Shown here: positions 39,240 to 50,760 of the stretch, piece by piece
Position numbering within the stretch: position 1 is the stretch's first letter
Layout of the letters: each line of letters starts with the position of its first letter
Assembly: GCA_049322215.1 (NCBI GenBank)
Contig: JBMORU010000001.1
Coordinates: 1,046,143-1,110,142 of the forward strand
Reading direction: 5' to 3'
Length of the DNA stretch: 64,000 nucleotides
DNA from: Patescibacteria group bacterium
GTDB taxonomy: Bacteria; Patescibacteriota; WWE3; UBA101185; UBA10185
Notes under the pieces: generated by a model
The model's database searches: none
Told to the model about the DNA's origin: nothing
Seen by the model: the letters and a program-made list of their open reading frames with translations, nothing else
Position numbers and translations under genes: made by a program

Positions 39240-40043
39240 CTAGACGTTAACCTCAGGACCAAAAAACACAGGCGGGTCAGCAGGTGGAAGTTCAATAAAT
39301 TCAAGAGGCATCACAAAGCCAGCTTGAATGAGTGCATATATAACCCTACCGTCCTGGCTAAGACCCTTGGCTAAAACTGTACCGTCCAAAAATGTCTTTT
39401 GCCTCAAAGTAGCTAAGGGTGCAGTTCGCCAGTCACCTCCGTATTGTGCATCCATAGAAACCCATGGCATTGAGGTAACTTCAATAATCTCAAAGATAGC
39501 TTCAATAGTCTCAGGAGTATCTTTACAAGAAACTACATTGGCAATTTCGATATTGGGAAGGTATAACACACCATCGTTGTACACAACATCGATAAAAAGC
39601 CAGTTTGGAAGTCTACCGCTTGCCCACCAGCCTAAACCAGACTGCAAATAGCGATCCACAAGATAGTCTACGTTTATGCGATTCCACTCATTGCCAAACT
39701 GATCCAAAAGATCCCAAACATCCCCCTCTACGTAATAAAATGACCCCTCATATTGACATACTTGTGATGTGTCAGACAAGGTCATTATATAGGTCTGCTG
39801 CAAGTCAAAGGATCCGTCAGGCAATTCAGGAATGTTGGAATCTTGTTCTGGCTTGACCTCAGAATTGGAATTTTCTTGCGGAGCCTCCTCAACCTCTACT
39901 TCTGGAATAGCTGTGGGATTCGCTTCTACTGCCTCAGTAACTTCTGCTAACGTACCTTGCATACTTGATTCAAGCAAAAGCACAAACCCAATAACTAAAC
40001 CCAGTGTCCCTAACAAGAGCACACGAAAAAAATTTTTATTCAC
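39240..40043 (-). CDS. Membrane-anchored acidic orphan protein
   Basis: GTG start, ATAAGGAGA SD, N-terminal TM, Glu/Pro-rich linker. Confidence 0.75.
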   Translation of the reverse strand: MNKNFFRVLLLGTLGLVIGFVLLLESSMQGTLAEVTEAVEANPTAIPEVEVEEAPQENSNSEVKPEQDSNIPELPDGSFDLQQTYIMTLSDTSQVCQYEGSFYYVEGDVWDLLDQFGNEWNRINVDYLVDRYLQSGLGWWASGRLPNWLFIDVVYNDGVLYLPNIEIANVVSCKDTPETIEAIFEIIEVTSMPWVSMDAQYGGDWRTAPLATLRQKTFLDGTVLAKGLSQDGRVIYALIQAGFVMPLEFIELPPADPPVFFGPEVNV

Positions 40044-40186
40044 GTCTGTCTCCTTATTTCAGATTTGTTTGTTTTCATATTATAGCTTAAAAAATCTGTA
40101 TCTACAACCTATAGTAGTAGCGTTTTGGCGCAAAATAGTTTATAATTATACAAGTGTAAAACACCAAATCTGATAAGGAGACGCAC

Positions 40187-40432
40187 ATGAGCGACGTAAA
40201 AAAACCAAACTACACAAAAGTAACGCAAGGTGAAGATATTCAAATTGACGGCATCACATATAAATTTACAGCATCCTCTGTAGAACATATGAATGCTTCA
40301 CTTGATATTCACGCAGTGACAGGTCGTTTTGCACCGCGTTTGACAGTACAAATGTATAACCCACTGACAAAACAAAATGACAATATACCTATGTCTAAAG
40401 TTGGCGAAGTACTGCTGCAGCGGCCACATTAA
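40187..40432 (+). CDS. Small orphan protein
   Basis: ATAAGGAGA SD, upstream TATAAT, downstream hairpin. Confidence 0.72.
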   Translation: MSDVKKPNYTKVTQGEDIQIDGITYKFTASSVEHMNASLDIHAVTGRFAPRLTVQMYNPLTKQNDNIPMSKVGEVLLQRPH

Positions 40433-40443
40433 GTAGTTTGTAT

Positions 40444-40492
40444 GACCTTAGTAAAAATTGTTAAAACCGATTTTTGCTAAGGTCTTTTTTTT
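40444..40492 (+). terminator. Hairpin terminator
   Basis: GACCTTAGTAAAAATT / GATTTTTGCTAAGGTC followed by T8. Confidence 0.75.
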
Positions 40493-40538
40493 GTAAAAAT
40501 GATAAAATACGACAACTAAACCCTAAAGGAGACAAACA

Positions 40539-40730
40539 ATGAGTGAAGTTACACGAATAGAATTTAATTTTTTAGGCAAGCGTTGGTACTACAACGGAAA
40601 CTACAACACGTGGGTTCCCCTGTTTCACACCAAATGGTTTGTTAAGGTAAATGAAAAAGGAGAGGTATACCAATCACAACAAACCGATCCTGAAAACGGA
40701 GAAAGGCCAACCGCCTTTGAAGTTAAATAA
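40539..40730 (+). CDS. Small orphan protein
   Basis: AAGGAGA SD; hairpin at about 40735-40778. Confidence 0.7.
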   Translation: MSEVTRIEFNFLGKRWYYNGNYNTWVPLFHTKWFVKVNEKGEVYQSQQTDPENGERPTAFEVK

Positions 40731-40817
40731 AAAAAGGGGTATGTCTGTTGCCTGTTATAGATAACATGCATACCCTTTAATATTCAATTAATTAAAATAA
40801 ACAGCTATACTTTTATT

Positions 40818-42950
40818 ATGGATCAGAACTTTTTGATGAAACTACAAAGGATAAGCTACCTAAAAACAGCAATTGAAGAGCTTCAAAAGGCATCTACACA
40901 CCATTTAACTTTAGATGATACTATTTCCTCTTATAAAAAGGAGTTAATCAACTTAGAAAATAAAGAAGCTTTAGCAAAAAGCATTCCAGTTCCACAACCC
41001 CCTGTTAACAAAGAACTACCCGGAACGCAGCAACTATCTAACTGGTACAAAGAAAACAATATTTTATTTTTACTTTATCTAGGAGCTGTAATGATGGTTT
41101 TATCAGCCATTATATTTGTAGGTTTTAACTGGGAAATTATTTCAGGCTTAAGTAAAACTTTAATAATGTTACTGTCCTCTTCTGTATTTTTAGTGGCAGG
41201 ACTTTATTTGAGCATTAAAAGCAAAAAACTTAAAGTTGCAGGTGAAACATTTTCGCTAATTGGGGCTTTAAGCTTCCCCTTAGTAGGAGTCGCTTACTAT
41301 AACTTTATAGATAACAGTAGCCTTTCTATGGTTTCTTTAGTTACTTCTGCAATCTCGCTAATTTTATATTTAACACTAGGTAGATTTATTGATAAGAAAA
41401 TATATGCCTATTTAGGAAGTCTCTCTCTAATAGTGCTCTTAGCAACATTGGATACGTTTATAAAATTAACAAGTGTTACTCAATTAAAAACCTATCTACT
41501 TCTTACAGGCGGCTTTATTCTACTTTTAGCTGGAAAATATTACACCCAAACACTTCAAAAAGAAGGCTTTAAAGAAGTTTCAACTGCATATTTACCAATA
41601 CTAACTGTTATCACAGCACTACACATTTTTTCTGAGTACAATAAATTTGGCACTACTAGCATAGTAGTTTTGTCTGCTTTGGTATCATTTTACTACTTTT
41701 TGTCATTTTATTTCCATAAAAACCATGAGTACGTTTTTTTATCAATATCGTTTTTTCATATTTCGGCATTCATGCTTATCAAAGACTTGACCACAGTGAC
41801 AACTGCGGTATATGTGTCATCATTAGTCAGTTTGAGCTTTATTCTAGTAGAAGAAGTGTTATCAGAAAAATCAAGAATACAAAGCATTGCCGCAAACACA
41901 TTTTTAACCGCACCAATTTTATTAGGTTCTATAGCATTACTTCAAAGTAAAACCTTTTCCTTTACAGACGTGGCTTTAATATCTTTATTAATATCGTTTA
42001 GAAATATTTATACTTATTTAAATTACAATATTGAAGAATCACTAGTGTACGGAAACCTAGTACTACTTGTTTCGGTATTTCATACATTAAAGCTATTACC
42101 CATTAGTAATCATATAGAAGTATTTGGACTAGCCACACTATTGTTAGCGCTAATCAATTTTTGGATTTTTAGACAAAAAAGAAACAAGGAAATATTTATG
42201 TATGTAGCCATGATTTTAAGTGGAATAGCTTTTTTTGTAACATTTAACTCCGAAATATACAGCGTGATAGTATCTTTAATTGTGTCAGTTATGTTTTATC
42301 TTGCCAGTATAGATAAAAATGAGGAAGGACTTGCCTATTTAGCACTTGGCTTTTTAACTATTGCTGCTTGGAGGTTGGGAAATATCCTTAATATTTCTTT
42401 TGATGGAAAAAAATTGCTTACAAGTTTATTAATAGCAAGCATAGTAACAGAAAAATCAATCAAGAATCTTACCCAAAAGCCTTATAGATACATTGTACCT
42501 GCATTATGGACTTTAGCTTACTCCTCACTACTTACTGTTTTAAATGTATCAAACAATTTAGTTTTTTATACACCCTTAGGCATAGTTTTATTAGGTTTAA
42601 GCAGCATAGAAAAAAAAGAAAACGATTCAAATGAGTTAGGATTTAAAATTGCAGGATTAACAATACTATTTTTAAGTGTTGTTTTTAAAGCGTTTGAAAA
42701 CACTACTCCATTGTATTCATTAATTTTTGCTATAGAAGGTTTGATACTGGTAGGTTTTGGAATAAACAGCAACGATGATTTAATAAAAAAGACAGGAGCA
42801 GCTTTTGTAATTTTGGCAGTGTTAAGTCAAATATATGAATACCTACTGTCACTACCCAGATGGCTATTAACTAGTGCTATGGGAATATCGCTTTTAACGA
42901 TAGGAATATACTTACTGCTTAAAAAGTACCAAAACGAGCAAAAAAATTAA
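40818..42950 (+). CDS. Large polytopic membrane protein, DUF2157-like
   Basis: LLYLGAVMMVLSAIIFVGFNW motif followed by many TM helices. Confidence 0.75.
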   Translation: MDQNFLMKLQRISYLKTAIEELQKASTHHLTLDDTISSYKKELINLENKEALAKSIPVPQPPVNKELPGTQQLSNWYKENNILFLLYLGAVMMVLSAIIFVGFNWEIISGLSKTLIMLLSSSVFLVAGLYLSIKSKKLKVAGETFSLIGALSFPLVGVAYYNFIDNSSLSMVSLVTSAISLILYLTLGRFIDKKIYAYLGSLSLIVLLATLDTFIKLTSVTQLKTYLLLTGGFILLLAGKYYTQTLQKEGFKEVSTAYLPILTVITALHIFSEYNKFGTTSIVVLSALVSFYYFLSFYFHKNHEYVFLSISFFHISAFMLIKDLTTVTTAVYVSSLVSLSFILVEEVLSEKSRIQSIAANTFLTAPILLGSIALLQSKTFSFTDVALISLLISFRNIYTYLNYNIEESLVYGNLVLLVSVFHTLKLLPISNHIEVFGLATLLLALINFWIFRQKRNKEIFMYVAMILSGIAFFVTFNSEIYSVIVSLIVSVMFYLASIDKNEEGLAYLALGFLTIAAWRLGNILNISFDGKKLLTSLLIASIVTEKSIKNLTQKPYRYIVPALWTLAYSSLLTVLNVSNNLVFYTPLGIVLLGLSSIEKKENDSNELGFKIAGLTILFLSVVFKAFENTTPLYSLIFAIEGLILVGFGINSNDDLIKKTGAAFVILAVLSQIYEYLLSLPRWLLTSAMGISLLTIGIYLLLKKYQNEQKN

Positions 42951-43780
42951 GAGACACCAGTACTATGATGATCCTCTATTTCATCAATTATTTGCATTAA
43001 TTGATCTTCTATTTTTGTAAGTCTTTTGTCTAAATGCTCGGTGTTTTTTTTACGCGCCTTCTTTTCCCTATCTTCCACCATGAATGAAGCAATATTAGCT
43101 GTTAATAAAGAAAACAGTATGACACCTAATGTCATAAGAATAACGCCAACTATACGACCTTGCAGTGTGACCGGAAACCTATCTCCATAACCAACAGTTG
43201 TTATACTAACAATTCCCCACCATATACCTTCATAAATGTTTGTTATATTAGCTCCAGGAGCATCCTGTTCGAAAACTGCACCTAATGAACCTAAAAATAC
43301 AACCACCGCAACAATGACACTAATTAAATAGTTTAGACGATGTTTCAACACCAAAGAACGTGTATTTGATATAAATTTTGCTACCAATGGAAATACTCTA
43401 AAAAGCTGTGCATCTCCAAACAAGACAGCAAGCAAATTATAAAGACTTAAAAATGTGCGTTCTAATGTTACTAAAACTGAAATTTGGAAAAGACGTAAAA
43501 TTCTTAGAAAAGGTAAAAAAACAATTAAACCATCGTACCAATGTGCTTTTAAATAATGAATTCTAGACGGAGCCAGATATGTTAATAAAACTAATTCAAG
43601 TACAAATATTAACCATATTGCTACATCTATTACACCTAACACATATAAAACTGTGTTATTTAAAATAAAACTCTCTTCAATAATTATTACACCTAAAAGC
43701 AACATTGTAAGAAACACCATAGGAACTTCAAAAAGGGTTTGATAATTGTTAAAAAGCTCAACACGAGTTTTCTTAGTCAT
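42947..43780 (-). CDS. Potassium channel, 6-TM ion transport family
   Basis: WWGIVSITTVGYGD selectivity filter; LRILRL S4-like segment. Confidence 0.92.
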   Translation of the reverse strand: MTKKTRVELFNNYQTLFEVPMVFLTMLLLGVIIIEESFILNNTVLYVLGVIDVAIWLIFVLELVLLTYLAPSRIHYLKAHWYDGLIVFLPFLRILRLFQISVLVTLERTFLSLYNLLAVLFGDAQLFRVFPLVAKFISNTRSLVLKHRLNYLISVIVAVVVFLGSLGAVFEQDAPGANITNIYEGIWWGIVSITTVGYGDRFPVTLQGRIVGVILMTLGVILFSLLTANIASFMVEDREKKARKKNTEHLDKRLTKIEDQLMQIIDEIEDHHSTGVS

Positions 43781-43851
43781 GCTTTAAATTATAAAAGCTA
43801 TTCAAAACTATTTCCATCTACACTTTAAACAAAATCTGCTAACATAATGTT

Positions 43852-44139
43852 ATGCAAAAATTTCTGGTAGCTATATTTTTAGTAAACATCGCAATGATAA
43901 CCTGGGCTTGGGATTTTTTAGGCCTAGTTGCAACTATTGTTTTGTCTGCAGGTGCTTACGCAGTGCTAAAAGCTAAAATTGGAGACAAAAAAGATTTGCC
44001 ACAAAAACTTTCGTTTGGGGTTGTTTTTGTTATTGCAGTATTTGCAGTACAAAGTGCACTACAAATACCAATGTTAACTGTAGCAGCAGCCTTTATAGAA
44101 TTTTTAGTGTTCATAATGTTTATTGGGGATAAAAACTAA
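43852..44139 (+). CDS. Small membrane protein
   Basis: 95-aa hydrophobic ORF; TGCTAACAT 6 nt before ATG. Confidence 0.7.
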   Translation: MQKFLVAIFLVNIAMITWAWDFLGLVATIVLSAGAYAVLKAKIGDKKDLPQKLSFGVVFVIAVFAVQSALQIPMLTVAAAFIEFLVFIMFIGDKN

Positions 44140-44948
44140 ATTTGCAAATGGTTGAGTAATAAATATCGTACCACCAAAGGCCCCATACCCCCAGGCGAGG
44201 GTGAAACATAACCTAAATGCTTGTGGACAGTACTTATTTGCAAATCCCCTACTATTTTTTCATTTATTACACTAGAACCAAAGTCAATTACGTTACAATT
44301 TTTTGCTATGTTAGAACTTTTTACCAAGCCAGGAACTCCTGCACTTAAAATAAGTAAATCAGCACTTATAAATGTGTCTTTTTCATAAGCATCCGTAGTT
44401 ACTACATTACATTTATACATATGCTTAAAATAATGGGCTAAAGGGCGTCCTACCAAAAACCCCATTCCCACAACGTATACGGTTGAACTAGAAGACAAGT
44501 CTACTTTGGCATAATCTATAAAATGTTGAACCGCTCTAATAACTGGCGGAAAAAAAGAAAAATCACAATCTATGTAAAAACGCTTTTGTGCAGCACTAGA
44601 TAAACAATCAATATCTTTTTTTATGGGTATCAAGTTTAAAAGGGTGTTTAAGTTTTTATCAGGCAGAGGAAGTTGAATTATGCATCCTGTAGTGGTTTGC
44701 TGGTTTGCTATTTCAGTAATTTTAGTTTGCAAATCTTTTAAAGATAAAATGGCGGAAAATTTATAAACACGTAACTTTATTCCTACTTTGTCTGCTATTT
44801 TATTTTTTATTGATATATATTTAGCAGAAGATGGGTTATCCCCTATTTGTATAACGGCTAATTCTCCAACACTACCTTTGTTTTGTACTAAATATGTAAT
44901 ACGAGAATCTAAAGTTTTGGCTTCTAAAGTTCCGTTGAAAATTTTCAT
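44136..44948 (-). CDS. folD: Methylenetetrahydrofolate dehydrogenase/cyclohydrolase
   Basis: IIQLPLP, KDIDC, LVGRPL, VSPSPGGMGPL; start moved to MKIFNG. Confidence 0.92.
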   Translation of the reverse strand: MKIFNGTLEAKTLDSRITYLVQNKGSVGELAVIQIGDNPSSAKYISIKNKIADKVGIKLRVYKFSAILSLKDLQTKITEIANQQTTTGCIIQLPLPDKNLNTLLNLIPIKKDIDCLSSAAQKRFYIDCDFSFFPPVIRAVQHFIDYAKVDLSSSSTVYVVGMGFLVGRPLAHYFKHMYKCNVVTTDAYEKDTFISADLLILSAGVPGLVKSSNIAKNCNVIDFGSSVINEKIVGDLQISTVHKHLGYVSPSPGGMGPLVVRYLLLNHLQI

Positions 44949-44965
44949 AAAGTTATTATATACAT

Positions 44966-44999
44966 AAAACGCCAAAAACCCCGCCAAAAAGCGGGGTTT
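44966..44999 (-). terminator. Terminator downstream of 6S RNA
   Basis: AAACCCCGC / GCGGGGTTT stem with T-rich tail on -. Confidence 0.7.
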
Positions 45000-45020
45000 G
45001 TATGTAAGACTAAATAAAAG

Positions 45021-45174
45021 CATCCCGATGTGTCGAGCTTCTCGTTGATATAGGCTCCCCTTTTTAATAGGTGGGTACCCCCGTTATAGTCCACGGACTA
45101 TAACTTCAAGTTCCCTGAGGGAAAATACTGAGATAACACTATATTTTTTCAACGATGTCGGGCACATCAGGAAA
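45021..45174 (-). ncRNA. ssrS: 6S RNA
   Basis: Rod with closing stem UCCUGAUGUG..GACACAUCGGGA, inner CGUUGA/UCAACG, central bubble, and GGGAACUUG / GGGGUACCCACCU resembling Firmicute-type 6S; TATAAT at 45236-45231. Confidence 0.8.
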
Positions 45175-45258
45175 CGATTTCTATCGAAATCGGCGTTGCT
45201 TCTCAAATGAGAAACGACGTTTCCGTCAAAATTATACTAACCGAAAAGGGCTAAAATG

Positions 45259-45900
45259 TCAATAATCTACGCCCAAAATTTTAAGAGAAAAACTTAGTAA
45301 AGGATCAATGATTAAGCTTGTGGTTCTAGTAAAAATTAAAAGTAAAAGAATAAAAATTCCATAAGGCGCCATTTGCATCCACTGTATAGAAAGTTCGTTT
45401 GGTAAAAGGCCATTAACAATTTTAAATCCATCTAGTGGATGTACAGGAATTAAATTAAAAATACCTAAAACTAAGTTATAAAAAATTGTTAAAAATAAAA
45501 AAGACTCAGCTAAAAAGAAAAAAGGCACATTTGGTAAAAGTTTTAAAACAATTGCAAGTAATGTAGCCAAAATAAAGTTAGAAGCAGGCCCTGCAAATGA
45601 AATTAAGGCTGCATCTCTTTTAGGATTTTTTAAATGTATTGGATTAAAAGGAACAGGCTTTCCCCAGCCGAAACCTGCCAAAAGCAATAATACAGTTCCC
45701 ATTGGGTCTAAATGAGCTTTAGGGTTTAATGTTACTCTACCCATGTAACGTGCCGTAGGATCGCCTAATTTATCTGCAATATAGGCATGGGCAAATTCAT
45801 GTATAGAAATAGAAACAACTAAAGCAAGGGCAACTAATAAAAATACTACTAAATTAAAAACAAAATTTTCGGAACCATTTAAAAGAATATTTAATAACAT
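45259..45900 (-). CDS. Site-2 protease (M50) family protein
   Basis: HEFAH, TLNPKAHLDP, AGPASN, NLIPVHPLDG. Confidence 0.93.
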   Translation of the reverse strand: MLLNILLNGSENFVFNLVVFLLVALALVVSISIHEFAHAYIADKLGDPTARYMGRVTLNPKAHLDPMGTVLLLLAGFGWGKPVPFNPIHLKNPKRDAALISFAGPASNFILATLLAIVLKLLPNVPFFFLAESFLFLTIFYNLVLGIFNLIPVHPLDGFKIVNGLLPNELSIQWMQMAPYGIFILLLLIFTRTTSLIIDPLLSFSLKILGVDY

Positions 45901-45927
45901 ATTGCAAACACAGTATACAGGCTTGTG

Positions 45928-46180
45928 AAAAAAACTGCAGGGTGGATATGGGACATTGAAAGTTTAAGATGCAGAGCAAACTTAAAACCTTAAGGTTTTC
46001 TTTAATATTTGTAAAGAAAACATACTACTGAGTTCCAATGTTCTCAGATCTCGCATAAGGGGATCCAATGTTGTATTCCATAACCACCCTGTCTACTTCT
46101 CTACTGCAGACTCACTACCAAACAGATGCATAAGGAGATTCAATTCATCCAGGCAGTAAGTCTTAACCAGATATCACAGC
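45928..46180 (-). ncRNA. Unidentified ~250-nt structured RNA
   Basis: Promoter upstream; two long helical domains whose mismatches are G-U only on the minus strand; U7 tail; no ORF of note. Confidence 0.72.
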
Positions 46181-46185
46181 TAATT

Positions 46186-46214
46186 ATTTTACTATATATA
46201 AGAACCATTGTCAA
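46186..46214 (-). promoter_or_regulatory. Near-consensus sigma70 promoter
   Basis: TTGACA (46214-46209)-17 nt-TAAAAT (46191-46186). Confidence 0.8.
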
Positions 46215-46286
46215 AGTTGTGCGACTGCAAAATTTTACTAAAAGCAATTTGTTCAAACTACCTCTAAAAGATGCTAAAATCGCTTC

Positions 46287-46460
46287 GTGTTAAAATTTAT
46301 TAAAGATTCGTATAGAGAATTTAAAAAGGTGCAATGGCCTTCTAGAAAGCAAAGTATTCTCTTGACTGGCTACGTTATTGGTGTTAGTTTAGTCATCGGT
46401 CTCTTTGTGACAGGAGCAGATTATTCATTTCGAGAAGCGCTTTCAGCATTTTTAAGATAA
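46287..46460 (+). CDS. secE: Preprotein translocase subunit SecE, not in ORF track
   Basis: GTG start; FIKDSYREFKKVQWPSRK plus TM; directly upstream of nusG. Confidence 0.93.
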   Translation: MLKFIKDSYREFKKVQWPSRKQSILLTGYVIGVSLVIGLFVTGADYSFREALSAFLR

Positions 46461-47078
46461 ATGACAGAAAATAATAACGAAACAACTGAACAAAATAGTA
46501 ATAATGTCATGGGCCTAGAAGAAGGCATGATAGTTATTTCTGAAGATGCTCCTAAAAGAGCAAAATGGTTTGTGGTACATACGTACTCAGGACATGAGAA
46601 AAAAGTAGCCGTTACTCTAAAACAAAGAGCAGAATCATCAGGATTTGTTGATAAGATATTTAAAATACTTATACCTACTCAACAAAAAATTGTTATAAGT
46701 GAAGGAAAAAAGAGAAAAGTTGATGAAAGACTATTTCCAGGTTATATTATCGTTCAAATGATAATGGGCGATGATGCATGGCATTTAGTTAGGTCAACAA
46801 GAGGAGTAACAGGATTTGTAGGTACAGGAACAACACCTACCCCACTTCCTGAATCAGAAGTTAAAACACTGATGAAATTCATGAAAATGGAAGCTCCTAA
46901 ATTTGAAGCTAAGTTTTCGATTGGAGATGCTGTTAGAATAACAGAAGGCCCATTTGCCGATTTCTTAGGCAAAGTAGATGAAGTAAATGATGAACAAGGA
47001 AAAGTGAAAGTATTAGTTTCAGTATTTGGCAGAGAAACTCCAGTTGAGTTAGATTTTGTACAAGTTAAAAGTATATAA
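46461..47078 (+). CDS. nusG: Transcription termination/antitermination factor NusG
   Basis: [19 protein letters not shown] domain, [11 protein letters not shown]. Confidence 0.98.
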   Translation: MTENNNETTEQNSNNVMGLEEGMIVISEDAPKRAKWFVVHTYSGHEKKVAVTLKQRAESSGFVDKIFKILIPTQQKIVISEGKKRKVDERLFPGYIIVQMIMGDDAWHLVRSTRGVTGFVGTGTTPTPLPESEVKTLMKFMKMEAPKFEAKFSIGDAVRITEGPFADFLGKVDEVNDEQGKVKVLVSVFGRETPVELDFVQVKSI

Positions 47079-47080
47079 AA

Positions 47081-47515
47081 ATGGCAAAAAAAGTTAAAAA
47101 AGTAAAAGGAATAATTAAATTAAACATTCAAGCAGGGAAAGCCACGCCAGCACCTCCTGTAGGACCTTCATTAGGTCAGTACGGAGTTCCATTGATGGAT
47201 TTTTGTAAAGAGTTTAATGCTAGAACAGCTGATATGGGGGATGACATTATTCCTGTTGTTTTAACAGTATATGAAGACAGATCTTTTAAATTTATTACTA
47301 AAACGCCAGTAACGTCAAGATTAATATTAAAAGCACTAGGTATAAAAAAAGGTTCTGCCGTGCCAAATAAAGATAAAGTAGGTAAACTTTCAAGAGTACA
47401 GGCAGAAGAAATAGCAAATATAAAAATGAAAGATTTAAACGCTAGATCCATGGATGAAGCTGTGAGAATTATTGCAGGTACAGCAAGAGCTATGGGTATA
47501 GATACGGAGGAATAA
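47081..47515 (+). CDS. rplK: 50S ribosomal protein L11
   Basis: [24 protein letters not shown]. Confidence 0.98.
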   Translation: MAKKVKKVKGIIKLNIQAGKATPAPPVGPSLGQYGVPLMDFCKEFNARTADMGDDIIPVVLTVYEDRSFKFITKTPVTSRLILKALGIKKGSAVPNKDKVGKLSRVQAEEIANIKMKDLNARSMDEAVRIIAGTARAMGIDTEE

Positions 47516-47522
47516 ACCACAA

Positions 47523-48173
47523 ATGAGTAAAGAAAAAACACCATTAAACGTAATAGAAGCAATTGAAAAAGTAAAGAAAACATGTAAATGTAACTTTGAC
47601 TCCACTATAGAAGTACATTTAAATGTGGCTTTAGACCCTAAAAAACAAGATCAGCAAATAAGAGTTACTACTTCCCTACCTTATGGTACAGGTAAAACAA
47701 AAAAAGTAGCTGTTATGGCGGCTAAACCTGTAAAAAATGCAGATATAGAACTTTCTGAAGATGATTTAAAAAAGATTGAATCCGGAACATTAAAGCCTGG
47801 AACTGATTTTGATGCAGTTGTTGTTGAACCAAGTTACATGCCTAAAATAGCAAGAGTAGCTAAAATTTTAGGACCAAAGGGAATGATGCCTAATCCAAAG
47901 AGTGGTACAGTAACTGAAAATGTAGAACAAACTGTTAATGAAATAAAAAAAGGTAAAGTTGAAATAAAGATGGAACAAACAACACCGATAATACACACAA
48001 TAATTGGTAAAAAAAGCTTTGATACTAATTCTTTAGCTGAAAACTTAAAGGAAGTTATTACCACTTTAAGACAAAACAAGCCACAAAAAGCTAAACCTGA
48101 CTGGTTGAAAGAATGTTATATCTCATCTTCAATGAGCCCTTCAGTATTGGTAGATTTATCCACAGTAAAGTAG
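47523..48173 (+). CDS. rplA: 50S ribosomal protein L1
   Basis: LPYGTGK, ILGPKGMMPNPKSGTV. Confidence 0.97.
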   Translation: MSKEKTPLNVIEAIEKVKKTCKCNFDSTIEVHLNVALDPKKQDQQIRVTTSLPYGTGKTKKVAVMAAKPVKNADIELSEDDLKKIESGTLKPGTDFDAVVVEPSYMPKIARVAKILGPKGMMPNPKSGTVTENVEQTVNEIKKGKVEIKMEQTTPIIHTIIGKKSFDTNSLAENLKEVITTLRQNKPQKAKPDWLKECYISSSMSPSVLVDLSTVK

Positions 48174-50759
<2,586 letters not shown>

Positions 50760-50760
50760 T

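Noticed and set aside
36143-40780. Hairpins as canonical integron attC sites
   Set aside because: H1-H3 have GTT before AAC, the reverse of the attC order; genes are in mixed orientation with their own promoters; no intI in window. The 38263-38308 hairpin has one GTTRRRY-like end but also a U-tract.
44949-45023. N-terminal extension of FolD given by the ORF track
   Set aside because: It overlaps the 6S terminator; ATG 44948 with TATAAT 6 nt upstream is the better start.
45928-46180. ncRNA as RNase P, SRP, tmRNA or CsrB, or as an 18-codon peptide gene (MEYNIGSPYARSENIGTQ)
   Set aside because: No GAGGAAAGUCC, SRP domain IV or tRNA-like end. GGA loops exist only on the plus strand, whereas promoter, G-U pairs and U-tail point to minus. 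The mini-ORF start is buried in the main stem, so it is unsupported though not excluded.
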